From NCBI GenBank assembly GCA_964462545.1, contig CAYWXR010000010.1, positions 49,801 through 113,800 of the forward strand: 64,000 nucleotides of DNA. The letters run 5' to 3'. Both the position numbers and the translations under genes were made by a program. The notes beneath the pieces were generated by a model. The model did no database searches. It had not been told where the DNA came from and was given only the letters and a program-made list of their open reading frames with translations. The stretch comes from an uncultured Thermomicrobiales bacterium (GTDB taxonomy: Bacteria > Chloroflexota > Chloroflexia > Thermomicrobiales > CFX8). This document shows positions 63,305 through 64,000 of this stretch, in pieces. The stretch's first letter is position 1; every line of letters begins with the position of its first letter.

Positions 63305-64000
63305 ATGGAGGTCCATTTGACTGGCATTGGAGCGTTCCTGGGGGGACCAACCGAAGTGCCAGGGCGAGAGCCTCTTCTGGGACAACCTGCGCCACTCTTC
63401 GAACTCAAGGATGAGAATGGCAACGGAACCACCCTACGCAGGCTCACCCGGCGCGGCCCGGTTGTGTTGCACCTCTATCGTGGACACTGGTGACCCACCT
63501 GACGACTGTACCTGACGCAGTTGCGTCAGTCCTACTGGGAGATTCGTGGCCTTGGAGTGGAGTTCGTGGCAGCCGCCAACGACACCCCCGAGGTTAACAA
63601 AGAGCTTCGGGAGCGGCTCGATCTTCCATTCATGCTCCTGAGCGATGTTGATGGCAACGTCGCCAAAGCCTACCGGGCGTTCAATGATGCAGATCCCGGT
63701 GGCCGGGCAATTGCCCTCACATCCATGTTCCTGATCGACAGTGCCGAAAATGACCGGATCATCCGGTTTGAGAATGTCGGCCCAACTGCACGTCACCGCG
63801 TTTCCGGCCCTCGCCTCGTTGAGGAAATCCAGAAAATGCGAGGTGAGCAGAATCTGCTGGTTAGCGTGCTGGTTCAGACCGAGGTCGAGCTGGTCCGGCA
63901 GATCACTGCCCTCAATGATCCACCGGTTGGTCTCTACCGGGAACCACCGGCCGACCAGATCCAGCGAGGGGTCATGGTAGAACGTGAAGTGCTTGGCCAG
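63305..64000 (+). CDS. Peroxiredoxin-like (AhpC/TSA redoxin) protein, candidate selenoprotein with U-P-T-U motif; 3' end beyond window
   Basis: Frame continuous from ATG 63305 to window edge if TGA 63491-63493 and TGA 63500-63502 are decoded; LHLYRGHW-TGA-PT-TGA-RLYLTQL matches the YRG-x-W-C-P-x-C redoxin motif; downstream sequence continues the redoxin fold. Confidence 0.6.
63512..63529 (+). promoter_or_regulatory. Candidate bacterial SECIS hairpin
   Basis: CTGACGC-AGTT-GCGTCAG, 7 perfect bp, G/U-containing apical loop 25 and 16 nt downstream of the two in-frame UGAs. Confidence 0.4.

Noticed and set aside
63491-63493. Treating TGA 63491-63493 as the true stop of a 62-aa protein, or treating the locus as a pseudogene
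   Set aside because: A redoxin fold cut before its catalytic CxxC makes no sense. Two nonsense codons falling exactly on both cysteines, an intact open frame for >160 codons afterwards and an adjacent hairpin all favour recoding. The pseudogene option cannot be fully excluded without the rest of the genome.

Overview
This is a GC-rich (roughly 60% by eye, not computed), very gene-dense bacterial chromosomal segment. I count about 66 protein-coding genes, one tRNA-Leu(UAG), two T-box leaders and several intrinsic terminators. I saw no rRNA, CRISPR array, transposase, integrase or phage-like gene, so it reads as core genome rather than an island.

Content from left to right:
- 0.1-8.7 kb: peptide and D-amino-acid hydrolases (DppA-like, peptidase E-like, penicillin-acylase family, D-aminoacylase-like), a two-gene (bipartite) lipoate-protein ligase, and trpS behind a Trp T-box.
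- 8.7-13 kb: two paralogous hypothetical genes, a small membrane protein, an ECF sigma/anti-sigma pair and an HSL-type esterase.
- 13-16.6 kb: tig-clpP-clpX.
- 18.3-29.2 kb: a CoxS-L-M-type molybdenum hydroxylase cluster with coxD/coxE/xdhC accessories, a MocA-Nudix fusion and a second orphan large subunit.
- 29.3-36.5 kb: a single System I cytochrome c maturation operon (resA-ccdA-X-ccmE-F-H-x-A-B-C-D).
- 36.5-42.4 kb: tRNA-Leu, an iscA-like gene, and leuA-C-D-B behind a Leu T-box.
- 42.5-53 kb: a multidomain GltD-like oxidoreductase, a phosphoribosyltransferase (PRT), a second SufU, a Fur-family regulator, and sufCBDSU-Rieske-sufT.
- 53-63.2 kb: a SIS protein, a ThDP enzyme, an AI-2E transporter, a CtaA-CtaB fusion, an alkaline-phosphatase-superfamily (AP) enzyme and a degenerate M28-like membrane protein.

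The most unusual signal is at the right edge (63305 onward). A peroxiredoxin-like ORF continues in frame through two TGA codons that sit exactly on the CxxC cysteines and are followed by a SECIS-like hairpin. This makes it a candidate UxxU selenoprotein that the ORF track truncates.

Many ORF-track starts are N-terminally over-extended, so I trimmed them to RBS-supported starts. Long antisense ORFs are treated as GC-driven shadows. The T-box leaders, SufU-type suf operon, CcdA/ResA and CtaAB fusion hint at a Terrabacteria/Chloroflexota-like lineage, but that is inference only.
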